This document shows, piece by piece, positions 50,495 through 60,279 of a stretch of 64,000 nucleotides of DNA (position 1 is its first letter; the number at the start of each line of letters is the position of its first letter). Source of the DNA: Leptothoe kymatousa TAU-MAC 1615 (GTDB taxonomy: Bacteria; Cyanobacteriota; Cyanobacteriia; Phormidesmidales; Phormidesmidaceae); assembly GCF_018739865.1 (NCBI RefSeq), contig NZ_JADOER010000004.1, forward strand, positions 501,067 through 565,066. The letters are read 5' to 3'. The translations under genes were made by a program, and so were the position numbers. The notes beneath the pieces were generated by a model, which was not told the origin of the DNA, did not search any database, and saw only the letters and a list, made by a program, of their open reading frames with translations.

Positions 50495-51211
50495 ATGATT
50501 TTGAAAAATTGGCTTCAGTACCGACGAAAGCAACAGATGTTTGATATACCTTCGCATGGTGACGTGCTGGATACTAATAACCAAGGACTTACTTTGATTG
50601 AGTGTTTGGTGGCTATTGCAGTCATAGGTATTTCCATGGCTGTTACGGCTCCTATGATTGTTTTGTCAGTTGCGACACGCACCCAAAGTCAACGGGCCGA
50701 TCAGGCTTTGCAAATTGCCCAAGCCGAGGTGGATCGCATCAGGTTTACCGTTATTAATAACGATACGTATGCTGTTTCGGCTGCAACGGTGGCGGTTAAT
50801 AGTGTGGGTAATTTTGTGGCTGTTGCAGCACCAGAAGATATTAATAACGCTGCTTACTCCACAACATCAGCTGCAGCAAAAGGAATCGATGTCGATGGGG
50901 ATGGTAACCCAGATTATGCAGCTCAGATTTTTAAGACCGTTGGCAGTACTGTTGGTACAACGCCCGTAGCGTTTGACCTTGGCGTTAGAATTTACGATGC
51001 TGATGCGGTTAATACTAAAACGAGTGCTCAGCTAGATGTAGACCAAGCGCGAATTGGTCTGACCAGTGGTGAAGGGCAAAGAGGTACGAAGCCACTATCA
51101 GTTATATATACGAGTGTTATTAAAAGTGACACATCTCGATCCCTCTGCGACTATCACAACTTTATTGATAGTGTGCAGGGCACAACAACTTCGTCCCCAT
51201 CTCAGTGTTAA
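50495..51211 (+). CDS. Prepilin-type N-terminal cleavage/methylation domain protein (pseudopilin). The start may be at 50537
   Basis: Class III signal NNQG|LTLIECLVAIAVIGISMAV. Confidence 0.7.
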   Translation: MILKNWLQYRRKQQMFDIPSHGDVLDTNNQGLTLIECLVAIAVIGISMAVTAPMIVLSVATRTQSQRADQALQIAQAEVDRIRFTVINNDTYAVSAATVAVNSVGNFVAVAAPEDINNAAYSTTSAAAKGIDVDGDGNPDYAAQIFKTVGSTVGTTPVAFDLGVRIYDADAVNTKTSAQLDVDQARIGLTSGEGQRGTKPLSVIYTSVIKSDTSRSLCDYHNFIDSVQGTTTSSPSQC

Positions 51212-51237
51212 GCAACGATTTCATTGAAATTTACATC

Positions 51238-52236
51238 ATGGCAAAGTCTAATTTTCGCATGTTGCTTTACAAGGTCCTATTGCAGACTAAAGGTCGGCAA
51301 ACCTCTTCCAATCTAGGGTTTACTCTGATTGAGTTGTTGGTTTCCATTGTCATCGCAGGGATAGTGGTATCGGGGCTGCTTTTTGTTGTGGTTGAGCTAC
51401 TTCGCGTAGATCAACGCGAAGTAGCTCTAGATCAGGTTCAAAGCGATATGCAACGGGCCATAGACTATATTGCCGATGACCTCAAAGAAGCCATTTATGT
51501 CTATAGCACTCCTGCAACTGTTACTTCTCAGCTGGTTAATTTAGATAATGATATAACCACTAATAATGGAGTTCCTGTCTTAGCCTTTTGGCGCACCGAT
51601 CCCATTGAGGCTGCTGAAATAGCGTCTCTACCATCAGGCTCTGAACCCGATGGCTGTCCTACAGGTGACACGGCCTGTTCTGCAATTAAGGCGCGTAGGG
51701 CAAGTTATACCCTAGTGGCGTATTACCAAACCGAGGAGTATGGGGCTTGGGAAGGAAATCCACTAAAACGTTATGAGTTGGCTCAGTATGATGATTTAGC
51801 CGCAGGATACGACCTAACACCAGGTTTTACAGCACCCTTTAATGCGGCAGGAAGTGCTAACGATTTTGCTGGTTGGACTGCTTCTGGTACGGGGGATGAT
51901 GGTACTCGAAATGTGTTAGTCGATTACGTATCAGCTATTAAAAACACGACTAATGATGCGCCTAATCCAGTGGTAGATTGCCAAGCTTTCACAGATGATT
52001 CGGCCCATGTACTCTCTCCTGCAGATGCCACTGAGAATACGGGATTTTTTGCTTGTGTAAGACCAACGACCGTAACGGGTACGGGAGGATTTAGAACTAA
52101 TCAGGATGTGTTTCTTTTCTTGAGGGGAGATGCAACCCCGGCTAGTAGTTTTTTGCAGCCTGCGAGTGCGGGCAGCCGATTGCCTATCTTACAAACTCAA
52201 ATTAAGTTAGGCGGTGTGATTGATCGAGATGAGTAG
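51238..52236 (+). CDS. Pseudopilin (prepilin-type N-terminal domain protein)
   Basis: SSNLG|FTLIELLVSIVIAGIVVSG. Start taken at the MAKSNF Met to avoid overlap. Confidence 0.7.
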   Translation: MAKSNFRMLLYKVLLQTKGRQTSSNLGFTLIELLVSIVIAGIVVSGLLFVVVELLRVDQREVALDQVQSDMQRAIDYIADDLKEAIYVYSTPATVTSQLVNLDNDITTNNGVPVLAFWRTDPIEAAEIASLPSGSEPDGCPTGDTACSAIKARRASYTLVAYYQTEEYGAWEGNPLKRYELAQYDDLAAGYDLTPGFTAPFNAAGSANDFAGWTASGTGDDGTRNVLVDYVSAIKNTTNDAPNPVVDCQAFTDDSAHVLSPADATENTGFFACVRPTTVTGTGGFRTNQDVFLFLRGDATPASSFLQPASAGSRLPILQTQIKLGGVIDRDE

Positions 52237-52274
52237 TTGGAAGTTTGAGCGGATATACGAGTTAAAAAATAAAA

Positions 52275-52808
52275 ATGGCCTATAAAAAGCTACTTCGATC
52301 TACTTCTAGCACTGCTGGTTTCTCAATCCTTGAGATGTTGGTTATCGTCATTATGGTCGGTATTCTAGCTGCTATAGCTGCTCCGGGATGGTTAGGCTAT
52401 CTCAATCGTCAGCGCATTAGTCGAGCCCGTGGTGAGCTTGCTCAAGCTTTACAACAAGCACAGATAGACGCTAGTCAGCAAAATCAAACTAGGGTGGTTA
52501 AGATCTCCTCTGCTAATCCGCCTCAAATAGAAATTTCTTCAACGCCTACTGCCGCTGGTAGGGTCATTGAGTTAGGTGAGCAAAATTCTGAGTTGAATTT
52601 GACTGGTGGTGGACCTTCAGGTGGTGCGGCTTCAGTGTCCTTTGATTACAAAGGAACTGTTACCAGTGGTAATTTGCCTTTTGTCTTTAGTGTTACCAGT
52701 GATAATGCAAGTGCCAATAATGTGCGCTGTGTCGTTGTTTCCACGTTGCTAGGTAATCTGGTTCAGGCTGAAGGAAATGAGTGTAATGACGTATCAGGGC
52801 TTAACTGA
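52275..52808 (+). CDS. Pseudopilin (prepilin-type N-terminal domain protein)
   Basis: MAYKKLLRSTSSTAG|FSILEMLVIVIMVGILAAIAAP. Confidence 0.75.
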   Translation: MAYKKLLRSTSSTAGFSILEMLVIVIMVGILAAIAAPGWLGYLNRQRISRARGELAQALQQAQIDASQQNQTRVVKISSANPPQIEISSTPTAAGRVIELGEQNSELNLTGGGPSGGAASVSFDYKGTVTSGNLPFVFSVTSDNASANNVRCVVVSTLLGNLVQAEGNECNDVSGLN

Positions 52809-52889
52809 TGGTTAAAATCACTGATTTTTGCTGATCAAGCTAAATTTTGGCGAAAAGTAGTGTGAATTTTCCCTCTTGTATGCCAATCC

Positions 52890-53468
52890 TTGAATTATCC
52901 TCACGGATTATTTCAGGGTATGTCAAAGCATTTTTTCTTATTCAATCAGAGGCGATCTAGGCAATCGGGCTTTACGTTCATAGAGATTTTGGTGGTCGTT
53001 GCCATCGTCGGGATTTTGGCGGGTATGGCGTTGCCTGCATGGAACCAAGCCTTAGGAAAATGGCAGGTGTCTGATGCGCAGCAGCAAGTGGCGTCAGCTA
53101 TTCGCAATACGCAGGTAAAAGCTCAAAGTAGTAGTGCCAATTGGCAATTTAGCATTTACGAAACAACCTCTGGCGAGGTTCAGTGGTCCAGCCATCCCCA
53201 AACCGGTATGCCGACGAATTGGACCAGGGTGGGCAATAGCGCCATAGATATTGATTTAGCCGATACCACCCTCGATAGCAAAAGTGGGGCCTATTATATC
53301 CGGTTTGATTATAAGGGCAACTTAGCGTCTCGAACACGTACGCTGACGTTAACGCACCGTAGCTTTCCGGGCATCAAACGCTGTTTGATTATGTCTACGA
53401 TCTTAGGGAAAATGCGTTTGGCCACCGAGCAAGAGAATCCGAGTTCTGCAGGGCGATATTGCCATTAA
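52890..53468 (+). CDS. Pseudopilin (prepilin-type N-terminal domain protein). The start may be at 52920
   Basis: RRSRQSG|FTFIEILVVVAIVGILAGMALP. Confidence 0.75.
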   Translation: MNYPHGLFQGMSKHFFLFNQRRSRQSGFTFIEILVVVAIVGILAGMALPAWNQALGKWQVSDAQQQVASAIRNTQVKAQSSSANWQFSIYETTSGEVQWSSHPQTGMPTNWTRVGNSAIDIDLADTTLDSKSGAYYIRFDYKGNLASRTRTLTLTHRSFPGIKRCLIMSTILGKMRLATEQENPSSAGRYCH

Positions 53469-53494
53469 ATTGGGAATAGCATGCAGGTGAAACA

Positions 53495-54118
53495 ATGACT
53501 CAGAATTCTGTGCGAGACGAAGGGGCCATTAAATATCAGTGTCATTGGCGGCAGACGGAGCCATTGCCGTTAGACCCTTACCAAGCGTTGCTGAGCTATC
53601 GCGATCGCACCTACATTGCAGGCCTCATCGGCGTTTACCCCGACGGCATTGGCTATGGCAATATTAGCTGCCGTTGTGCTGACAATCCCGACCACTTTGT
53701 TATTTCAGGCACCCAAACGGGGCATATCCCCCAGCTCACCATCGACTACTACGCCAGGGTAACGGCGGTAGATTTGCCCCAAAATACAGTCACCTGCGAA
53801 GGCCCAGTAAAAGCCTCTTCTGAATCCTTAACCCATGGCAGCATCTATCAGCTGATGCCAGCTGTGCAAGGCATTATCCATGTGCACCACAAAGGCCTTT
53901 GGCAAACATTGCTAAACCAGGTACCCACCACATTGCCAACGGTTCCCTACGGCACTCCGGAAATGGCAATGGAAATGGAACGACTGACGCAGGAAAGTAG
54001 TTTGTTAGACGACAAAATTTTTGTGATGGCAGGCCATGAGGATGGTGTTGTTACCTTTGGTGAGTCCCTCGAAGTCGCCGATAAGATTCTCCAAAGGTAC
54101 TATCAACCGTTGCTGTAG
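53495..54118 (+). CDS. Class II aldolase/adducin family protein (possible MtnB-like dehydratase)
   Basis: His cluster GIIHVHH and the ISGTQTGH region are typical of the class II aldolase fold. Convergent neighbour is mtnA. Confidence 0.5.
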   Translation: MTQNSVRDEGAIKYQCHWRQTEPLPLDPYQALLSYRDRTYIAGLIGVYPDGIGYGNISCRCADNPDHFVISGTQTGHIPQLTIDYYARVTAVDLPQNTVTCEGPVKASSESLTHGSIYQLMPAVQGIIHVHHKGLWQTLLNQVPTTLPTVPYGTPEMAMEMERLTQESSLLDDKIFVMAGHEDGVVTFGESLEVADKILQRYYQPLL

Positions 54119-54139
54119 GTAGCTTGGGATGATGCGTTC

Positions 54140-55198
54140 TCAGGCCGCATACAGCTGCTGCAGATTACTCTCAAATGGAGCCTGAACAATGCCCCGCTCT
54201 GTAATGATGCCTGTTACCAAATGGTGAGGGGTGACATCAAAGGCAGGATTACGATACTGAATATTGTCTGGGGCGGTACGGCGCAGGCCAAAGTGGGTGA
54301 CTTCCGTTTCGCCCCGTTCCTCAATCACAATGGAGTCGCCTTTGGCGGTGGCAAAATCAATGGTGGAGTAGGGACACGCTACGTAAAACGGAATATTGAA
54401 ATGGTTGGCCAAAATCGCAACGCCCAGGGTGCCAATTTTGTTGGCCACATCTCCATTGGCGGCCACCCGGTCGGTGCCAACGATCACCAGGTCAATCAAC
54501 CCTTGGGACATAATGTGGGCTGCCATGTTATCGCATAGCAGGGTGACATCTATGCCAGCCTGCTGCAGTTCCCAGCTAGTCAGGCGTGACCCTTGCAGCA
54601 GCGGTCGGGTTTCGTCGGCATACACCTTAAACGAAATACCCCGTTCATGGGCCAGGTACATGGGGGCGGTGGCGGTGCCCAGTTCGGAGGTGGCGAGGGA
54701 ACCGGCATTGCAGTGGGTCAAAATGCCCATATTGGGCTGAATTAGGGGCAGACCCTGCGCCCCGATGCCACGGCATAGTTGGCGGTCTTCCGTATGGATT
54801 TGCATGGCTTCTTGCTCTAGGCGATCGCAAATTTCGGCACTGGGTCGATCGGCTAAGGAGTTGGCCAACTCTACTAATCGGGTCAAGGCCCATTTGAGAT
54901 TGACAGCGGTGGGGCGGGCGCTATCAAGATAGGCGGCATTTTTTTCAATGGTCCGCAGCAAATCTCTGGAATTTAAGTGGGTTTTATCTTTGAGGCTCAG
55001 AACCAACCCATAGGCCCCGGCGACACCGATGGCCGGTGCCCCCCTCACTTTCAGCTGTTTGATCGAATCCCACACCTGTTCAATGTGGTGCTGTTCTTCA
55101 AAAACGGTCTTGATGGGGAGCTGGGTTTGATCCAGCAGGGTTAAGGTGCCGTTATTCCAGGTGATACTTTTTGGCAGATTGAGGTAGTTTGCAGCCAT
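54140..55198 (-). CDS. mtnA: S-methyl-5-thioribose-1-phosphate isomerase (eIF-2B alpha/beta/delta family)
   Basis: MAANYLNLPKSITWNNGTLTLLDQTQLP…VRGAPAIGVAGAYGL, plus a C-terminal TGADRVAANGDVANKIGT motif. Confidence 0.8.
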   Translation of the reverse strand: MAANYLNLPKSITWNNGTLTLLDQTQLPIKTVFEEQHHIEQVWDSIKQLKVRGAPAIGVAGAYGLVLSLKDKTHLNSRDLLRTIEKNAAYLDSARPTAVNLKWALTRLVELANSLADRPSAEICDRLEQEAMQIHTEDRQLCRGIGAQGLPLIQPNMGILTHCNAGSLATSELGTATAPMYLAHERGISFKVYADETRPLLQGSRLTSWELQQAGIDVTLLCDNMAAHIMSQGLIDLVIVGTDRVAANGDVANKIGTLGVAILANHFNIPFYVACPYSTIDFATAKGDSIVIEERGETEVTHFGLRRTAPDNIQYRNPAFDVTPHHLVTGIITERGIVQAPFESNLQQLYAA

Positions 55199-55388
55199 GG
55201 GGATCTAGTCCGTCTAAATAGTGGATTAGGAGTGAATTAGGGCGATTGCCTACGATGGGCTTGGCCGTTGGAAAAATTGATTTGCTGCCAGTAAAAACCG
55301 TTTAGTCTGGATTTCTTGAAGTTTGGGGACAAATTGGCAACGGCAGAAAGTATAGAATACTGATTGGCCCTTTTGTTGTTGCGATCGC

Positions 55389-56201
55389 ATGAGCTATTTA
55401 GATTTTGCCCTATTTGCCTTGTTAGGTATTGGTGCTGGCACCATGGCCGGCATGTTAGGCATTGGTGGGGGCATGATCATCGTACCGGGGCTATTTTACC
55501 TATTTTCATTGATGGACTTGCCCAGCTATGCCTTGATGCACCTAGCCGCAGGCAGCGCCATGTGCATTATGATTTTTACCTCCGCATCGTCCACCTTGTC
55601 ACACCATGCTCAGGGGGATGTGCAATGGGGTATTTTTGGCCGCATTATTGCGGCGATTGGTACGGGGGTGGTGCTCGGTAACCTGCTCTCCAATCATCTA
55701 GATACCCATTGGCTAGAAATTATTTTTGGTGCGTTTCTACTGTTCGTATCCGTCAAAATCTTGTTGGATTGGAAACCCGCGTTTGAAGAGACTACGGTTC
55801 CTCCCCTATGGGTGACAGCGTTGGTGGGCGCCATCATTGGCTTCAAGTCAGGTATTTTGGGCATCGGCGGCGGCGCCATCAGCGTCCCCTTCTTGCTTTA
55901 CTGTGGTTTGCCGATGAGTAAGGCTAGCGGCACATCCGCATCGTTTACCTTGCCCATTGCCATTGTCGGCACCCTGTCATTTTTGTTGTTTTCCCAGGGG
56001 TATACAGATATTGAGTGGGCCACCGGCTACATTTACTGGCCAGCGGTGGCTTTGGTCGCCCCATTTACCATGATTGGCGCACCCATTGGCACCAAGCTAT
56101 CCCATTCGATTTCCCCCCAGCAGCTACGACGTATTTTTGGCTGGCTGTTGGTGGTGATTGGTCTGCGCATGTTTGGTGGTGGTGTGCAGTTTTTTGCCTA
56201 G
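55389..56201 (+). CDS. Sulfite exporter TauE/SafE family membrane protein
   Basis: Two internal repeats with GIGGG motifs (MLGIGGGMIIVP / ILGIGGGAISVP). 270 aa, about 8 TM. Confidence 0.75.
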   Translation: MSYLDFALFALLGIGAGTMAGMLGIGGGMIIVPGLFYLFSLMDLPSYALMHLAAGSAMCIMIFTSASSTLSHHAQGDVQWGIFGRIIAAIGTGVVLGNLLSNHLDTHWLEIIFGAFLLFVSVKILLDWKPAFEETTVPPLWVTALVGAIIGFKSGILGIGGGAISVPFLLYCGLPMSKASGTSASFTLPIAIVGTLSFLLFSQGYTDIEWATGYIYWPAVALVAPFTMIGAPIGTKLSHSISPQQLRRIFGWLLVVIGLRMFGGGVQFFA

Positions 56202-56317
56202 GGGCAAAACCTGCACGAGAAACCCCTGGTAGGGGCGTCCCATGCAACGTCCTACCAGGGGGAAATGGTCACTAGATAATGGTTAGGCGTTTTCTCGCAA
56301 AGACTATACCGGTTGAA

Positions 56318-56385
56318 GGCCCCCCTAGCCCCCCAATCCTGGGGGGACAAGATTCAAAGCCCCCAAAATTGGGGGGTTGGGGGCC
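56318..56385. repeat. Cluster of G/C-homopolymer hairpins (CCCCCCA-atcc-TGGGGGG and CCCCCAA-aa-TTGGGGG, flanked by GGCCCCC…GGGGGCC) between convergent genes
   Basis: Read directly. Plausible bidirectional terminator structure. Confidence 0.5.
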
Positions 56386-56419
56386 TGGGTAACTGGTAGC
56401 TTTTTTGTCAGAAATGGCC

Positions 56420-58450
56420 TTAGCGGCTGTTACTCACCTCAGTGACAATTTTTTTCTTGATTCGCTCAGGGACCGCACTTAGGTGGTCGTACTGCCAGCT
56501 AAAGAAACCGACACCCATGCTTAAGGAGCGTAGCTCCAGGATCAGCGTTTGCATCTCAGCAACAGGTAGCTGGGCCGATACTTCATCCCAACCAGGCCAG
56601 TTGTGCTTATTGTCGTAACCCATTACCTGGCCACGGCGACCGCTAATTAGCGTGAGCACATTGGAGGTAAACCGATTGGGCACTGACACCGATAGCGAAG
56701 CAACCGGTTCTAATAAGGTGGGCTGACATTCCGGTAATCCGGTCTGCATTGCTATCCGCGCTGCCTGTTTAAAGGCTTGGTCGGAACTGTCTACATGGTG
56801 GTACGACCCATTTTTGAGGGTGACGGAAACATCCACGACCGGGAAGCCCAAGGGCCCCTGCTTGAGAAATTCCCTCACACCGGTTTCGACACTGGGGATA
56901 TATTGTCTGGGGACGACACCGCCCACAATTTTCTCGTTGAACTTAAAGCCTTCGCCTCGGGGTAGGGGATTAATGTCGATGTAGATATCGCCAAACTGGC
57001 CGTGGCCCCCGGTCTGGTGCTTATAGCGACCGCGAATGTCGACTTTGGCATGGCGAATGGTTTCTTTGTAGGCGACCTGGGGCACATGGGTGGCCATGGG
57101 TAAGTTGTATTTGCGCCTTAGCAAGTCCATGGCAATTTTCAGGTGCACATCCCCCTGTCCCCACAGGATCACTTCGTGGGTATCGCCGTGCTGTTCCCAA
57201 TGGAGGGCCGGATCTTCGTCTATGAGTTTATTCAGGGCACCGCTGAGTTTGACTTCATCGTTACGGTTTTCTGCGGTGAGGGCTAGGGAATAAACGGCGG
57301 GTAAAATGTCCGCCTTGGGTAGGCTCTGGCTCGTTTCAACGGTGCTGAGGGTGTCGCCGGTTTTGGCATTTTCTAACCGGGCGATCGCAACGACATTACC
57401 CGCTTCTGCGGCACTGAGGGCCTGTTGCTGATTGCCCATCAAGGAATATAAACCGCCCATGCGGTCTCCCCCCAGGCTGGCCCCATCCTTGAGCGTACCC
57501 CGCCACAATCGGGCTAATGACAGCTTGCCACCCTGGGGACTGTAGTAGGTTTTGAGAATTTGCACCAAAGGTTCACTGGCCTTTAGGTCGATGCCTCGCC
57601 GTTCCGCCGTCACTTGAGGTTCGGGGGTTTCGCGCACCAGGGCATCCAACAGTGGACGTACCCCATAGTCATTAGACGCCACACCCACAAATACTGGCAC
57701 CACTAGGTCGGCGCCCAGTTCCATTTTTAGGTCTTGGATAATTTCGTCTTCTGGCGGATCAATTTCTTCGAGCAGTTCTTCTAATAGGTGGTCGTCGAAG
57801 TCAGCCAGGGTTTCTAACATTTCTGTGCGGGCTGCTTTTTCCTCTGCCGCCAGTTCTTCTGGCAGCGGCACCGGGTCAGCGGCAGCACCCGCATGGTAGT
57901 GATATGCCTGTTCGCTAACTAAATCGATAAACCCAACCAGGTCCTGGCTGATGCCAATGGGATATTGATGGGGCACTAAGGGACGACTGGAGACCGATCT
58001 CAGCGCATCCAGCACCTCAGCAAAGGGGGCACTGGCCCGGTCCATTTTGTTGAGGTATACGACGTGGGGAATCTCCCACTTATCTAGAAAATGTAACAGC
58101 GGAGATACGGTGAGGACTCGGCTGGGATCGGGTTCACACACCACAATGGCCGCATCCACTCCCATCAGAACATGTAGCGGTTCCTGAAGTAGTTCGATGG
58201 AGCCAGGGCAATCGAGAAACGTAAAGCGAATGCCGCCGTACTCAGTACAGGCGGCATTTGTTTCGACCGTCATTTGGCGATTGCGAGCTTCGGGCGTATG
58301 GTCACCAACCGTATTGCCCTCCGGGATGGAGCCTTTACGAGAGATGGTACCGGTGACCGAAAGCAGACTCTCAAGCAGGGTGGTTTTTCCACTTGAGTAA
58401 GGACCCACAATCGCCACGTTTCGTGAACGAGATACAGCGGCTTTTGCCAT
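56420..58450 (-). CDS. Elongation factor G paralogue (EF-G-like translational GTPase)
   Basis: G-domain motifs (NVAIVGPYSSGKTTL, DCPG, NKMD), then EF-G domains II-V. 676 aa. Confidence 0.8.
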   Translation of the reverse strand: MAKAAVSRSRNVAIVGPYSSGKTTLLESLLSVTGTISRKGSIPEGNTVGDHTPEARNRQMTVETNAACTEYGGIRFTFLDCPGSIELLQEPLHVLMGVDAAIVVCEPDPSRVLTVSPLLHFLDKWEIPHVVYLNKMDRASAPFAEVLDALRSVSSRPLVPHQYPIGISQDLVGFIDLVSEQAYHYHAGAAADPVPLPEELAAEEKAARTEMLETLADFDDHLLEELLEEIDPPEDEIIQDLKMELGADLVVPVFVGVASNDYGVRPLLDALVRETPEPQVTAERRGIDLKASEPLVQILKTYYSPQGGKLSLARLWRGTLKDGASLGGDRMGGLYSLMGNQQQALSAAEAGNVVAIARLENAKTGDTLSTVETSQSLPKADILPAVYSLALTAENRNDEVKLSGALNKLIDEDPALHWEQHGDTHEVILWGQGDVHLKIAMDLLRRKYNLPMATHVPQVAYKETIRHAKVDIRGRYKHQTGGHGQFGDIYIDINPLPRGEGFKFNEKIVGGVVPRQYIPSVETGVREFLKQGPLGFPVVDVSVTLKNGSYHHVDSSDQAFKQAARIAMQTGLPECQPTLLEPVASLSVSVPNRFTSNVLTLISGRRGQVMGYDNKHNWPGWDEVSAQLPVAEMQTLILELRSLSMGVGFFSWQYDHLSAVPERIKKKIVTEVSNSR

Positions 58451-58773
58451 AGGTTTACCCCTTTTTCTAAAGAGAAGAAGATTGGCTAAGCTCAGATTTG
58501 GATTGTTAGGTTATGGGACGTCTGAACTTATCGATCAGGGGAGATGACCTCTCAACGGATGCTTAAGGGTGAAATCAATGGGTTAAGAATGCTCCGATCC
58601 CCTGGCTTATTAATGTCAGCCTAACGCGGCTAGAACCCTCTAATGTCAAGGGGGTTGAAAAAGTTCACCAGGTTAAGAAGGGTAAGGGGGGATTAAGTTT
58701 TGATTTTTGAATGTTGAGTTTTAATGGGATGCGAATTGCTGCGAAATAAGATAGAAATAGGTCTTGAAAAGCA

Positions 58774-58890
58774 CTATTTCCAGTTGTTATTAACGCCAAT
58801 AAGGTTGCCAAACAGCATAATAAAGCCACTGATCAAAATGATGATGGCCAAAACTACAAAGATGCCATCATATGCTGCTAGGTCTTCCAT
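58774..58890 (-). CDS. Possible 38-aa single-TM peptide (MEDLAAYDGIFVVLAIIILISGFIMLFGNLIGVNNNWK). Speculative
   Basis: Found by manual translation. It lies 29 nt downstream of the YbjN-domain gene in the same orientation. No Shine-Dalgarno sequence. Confidence 0.2.
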   Translation of the reverse strand: MEDLAAYDGIFVVLAIIILISGFIMLFGNLIGVNNNWK

Positions 58891-58918
58891 GGTATAAATA
58901 ATTTTCTACTTCTATAGT

Positions 58919-59395
58919 TTAAGAGGTCGGGGTCGCGTTAGGGCCGCGTTGGCCTCCAAATTTATCAATAATCATGGTGCTATAGCGCGTTGCGATCGCT
59001 CCCACCGACAATAGGCACACTTCCAGCTCTGTGGGGTCCATGTGTTGGCCACCTAAAATTCGATTGGCAAAAAATACGGTGCCCGCTTCATCGGTTTGGA
59101 ACGAGCCAAATCGCATTTTACGATTTTCGTCTAGCAAAAAACGCAGCAGCTCTAGTTCAGGCCCACAGCCGGTGGCCACACAGCTACTGGCCCGCACAAT
59201 GGCCATGGCTTGGTCGGGGTAGGGGTGGGTTTCCCAGGGCAGGATATATAGTTCGATCGGGGTGGTGCCTTGGTAGCTTAGAGCAAAGTAGGGCCGCTGC
59301 TCGCTAGCCTCCATGGTGTCCTTAAATTGGCTGTTGTTGAGGTAATCTTTTACCCGTTCATAGGTCAGTTCCTGGGCGGCGTTTATGAACTGCAT
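58919..59395 (-). CDS. YbjN-domain protein (putative sensory transduction regulator or T3SS-chaperone-like fold)
   Basis: About 158 aa. Start taken at MQFINAAQ, which leaves a 10-nt gap after devA. Pattern typical of YbjN-family proteins. Confidence 0.5.
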   Translation of the reverse strand: MQFINAAQELTYERVKDYLNNSQFKDTMEASEQRPYFALSYQGTTPIELYILPWETHPYPDQAMAIVRASSCVATGCGPELELLRFLLDENRKMRFGSFQTDEAGTVFFANRILGGQHMDPTELEVCLLSVGAIATRYSTMIIDKFGGQRGPNATPTS

Positions 59396-59405
59396 GGGCT
59401 GTCCT

Positions 59406-60194
59406 CTACATGATAAACATATCGGCACTCACATCCGTGGGGTCGCCTTGTTTGCTTTGGATAAAGGCATTGGGGCTACTGTCCGACTCCAGCCGCCCGT
59501 CCACCAGGTTAATAATGCGGTCGGCCACATCTAAGATGCGGTTGTCGTGGGTGACCATGAGCACGGTGCAGCCTTCTTCTCGCGAGAGGGCGTGGAGATA
59601 GTTCACCACATCTCGACCCGACTTTTTGTCGAGGGCCGCTGTGGGTTCATCGGCCAGGATCAGCTTGGGGTGGTTCACCAGGGCGCGGGCAATGGCCACC
59701 CGTTGCTTTTGCCCACCGGACAGCGATTGGGGTTTGTAGTCTACGCGGTCGGCTAGCCCGAGGGCACTGAGCATGGCACCGGCCTGATCCCGCTTAGATG
59801 AAAAATTACCGGTGAGTTCCACGGCCATTTCTACGTTTTGGCTGGCGGTTAATGACTCGAATAGATTGTGGGCCTGGAAGATAAAGCCAATGTTGCGGCG
59901 CACCCCCACCAGGGCGCGATCGCTCAGACCCACCAGCTCTTTCCCTAGGACCCTCAAGCTGCCGTCTTTTAGGCTGCGGAGGGCTCCGGCCAGGGTGAGC
60001 AGGGTGGTTTTGCCAGAACCCGATGGCCCGGTCAAAATCACAATTTGGCCCTTGGGCAGCTCCAGGGAAATGTCGAACAGTACCTGTTTGCTGAGGTCCC
60101 CGGCACCAAAGAAATAGTTTAGGTGCTGGATGTGTACCGCCAGGTCTTCCCTGGCTGGGGCAAATTGTTGTGAGGTTTGTTGCGGCTTAAACAT
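59406..60194 (-). CDS. devA: ABC exporter ATP-binding subunit, DevA family
   Basis: Walker A motif [11 protein letters not shown], signature [15 protein letters not shown], Walker B motif [12 protein letters not shown]. 262 aa. Confidence 0.8.
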   Translation of the reverse strand: MFKPQQTSQQFAPAREDLAVHIQHLNYFFGAGDLSKQVLFDISLELPKGQIVILTGPSGSGKTTLLTLAGALRSLKDGSLRVLGKELVGLSDRALVGVRRNIGFIFQAHNLFESLTASQNVEMAVELTGNFSSKRDQAGAMLSALGLADRVDYKPQSLSGGQKQRVAIARALVNHPKLILADEPTAALDKKSGRDVVNYLHALSREEGCTVLMVTHDNRILDVADRIINLVDGRLESDSSPNAFIQSKQGDPTDVSADMFIM

Positions 60195-60279
60195 GGGTTT
60201 ACCCTAGCTCGGTACCTGTGTATAACTGCTCGATAGCTATTGCTAAGTTGATAGTTTTGAAGATGGCCTATTTACCCTG

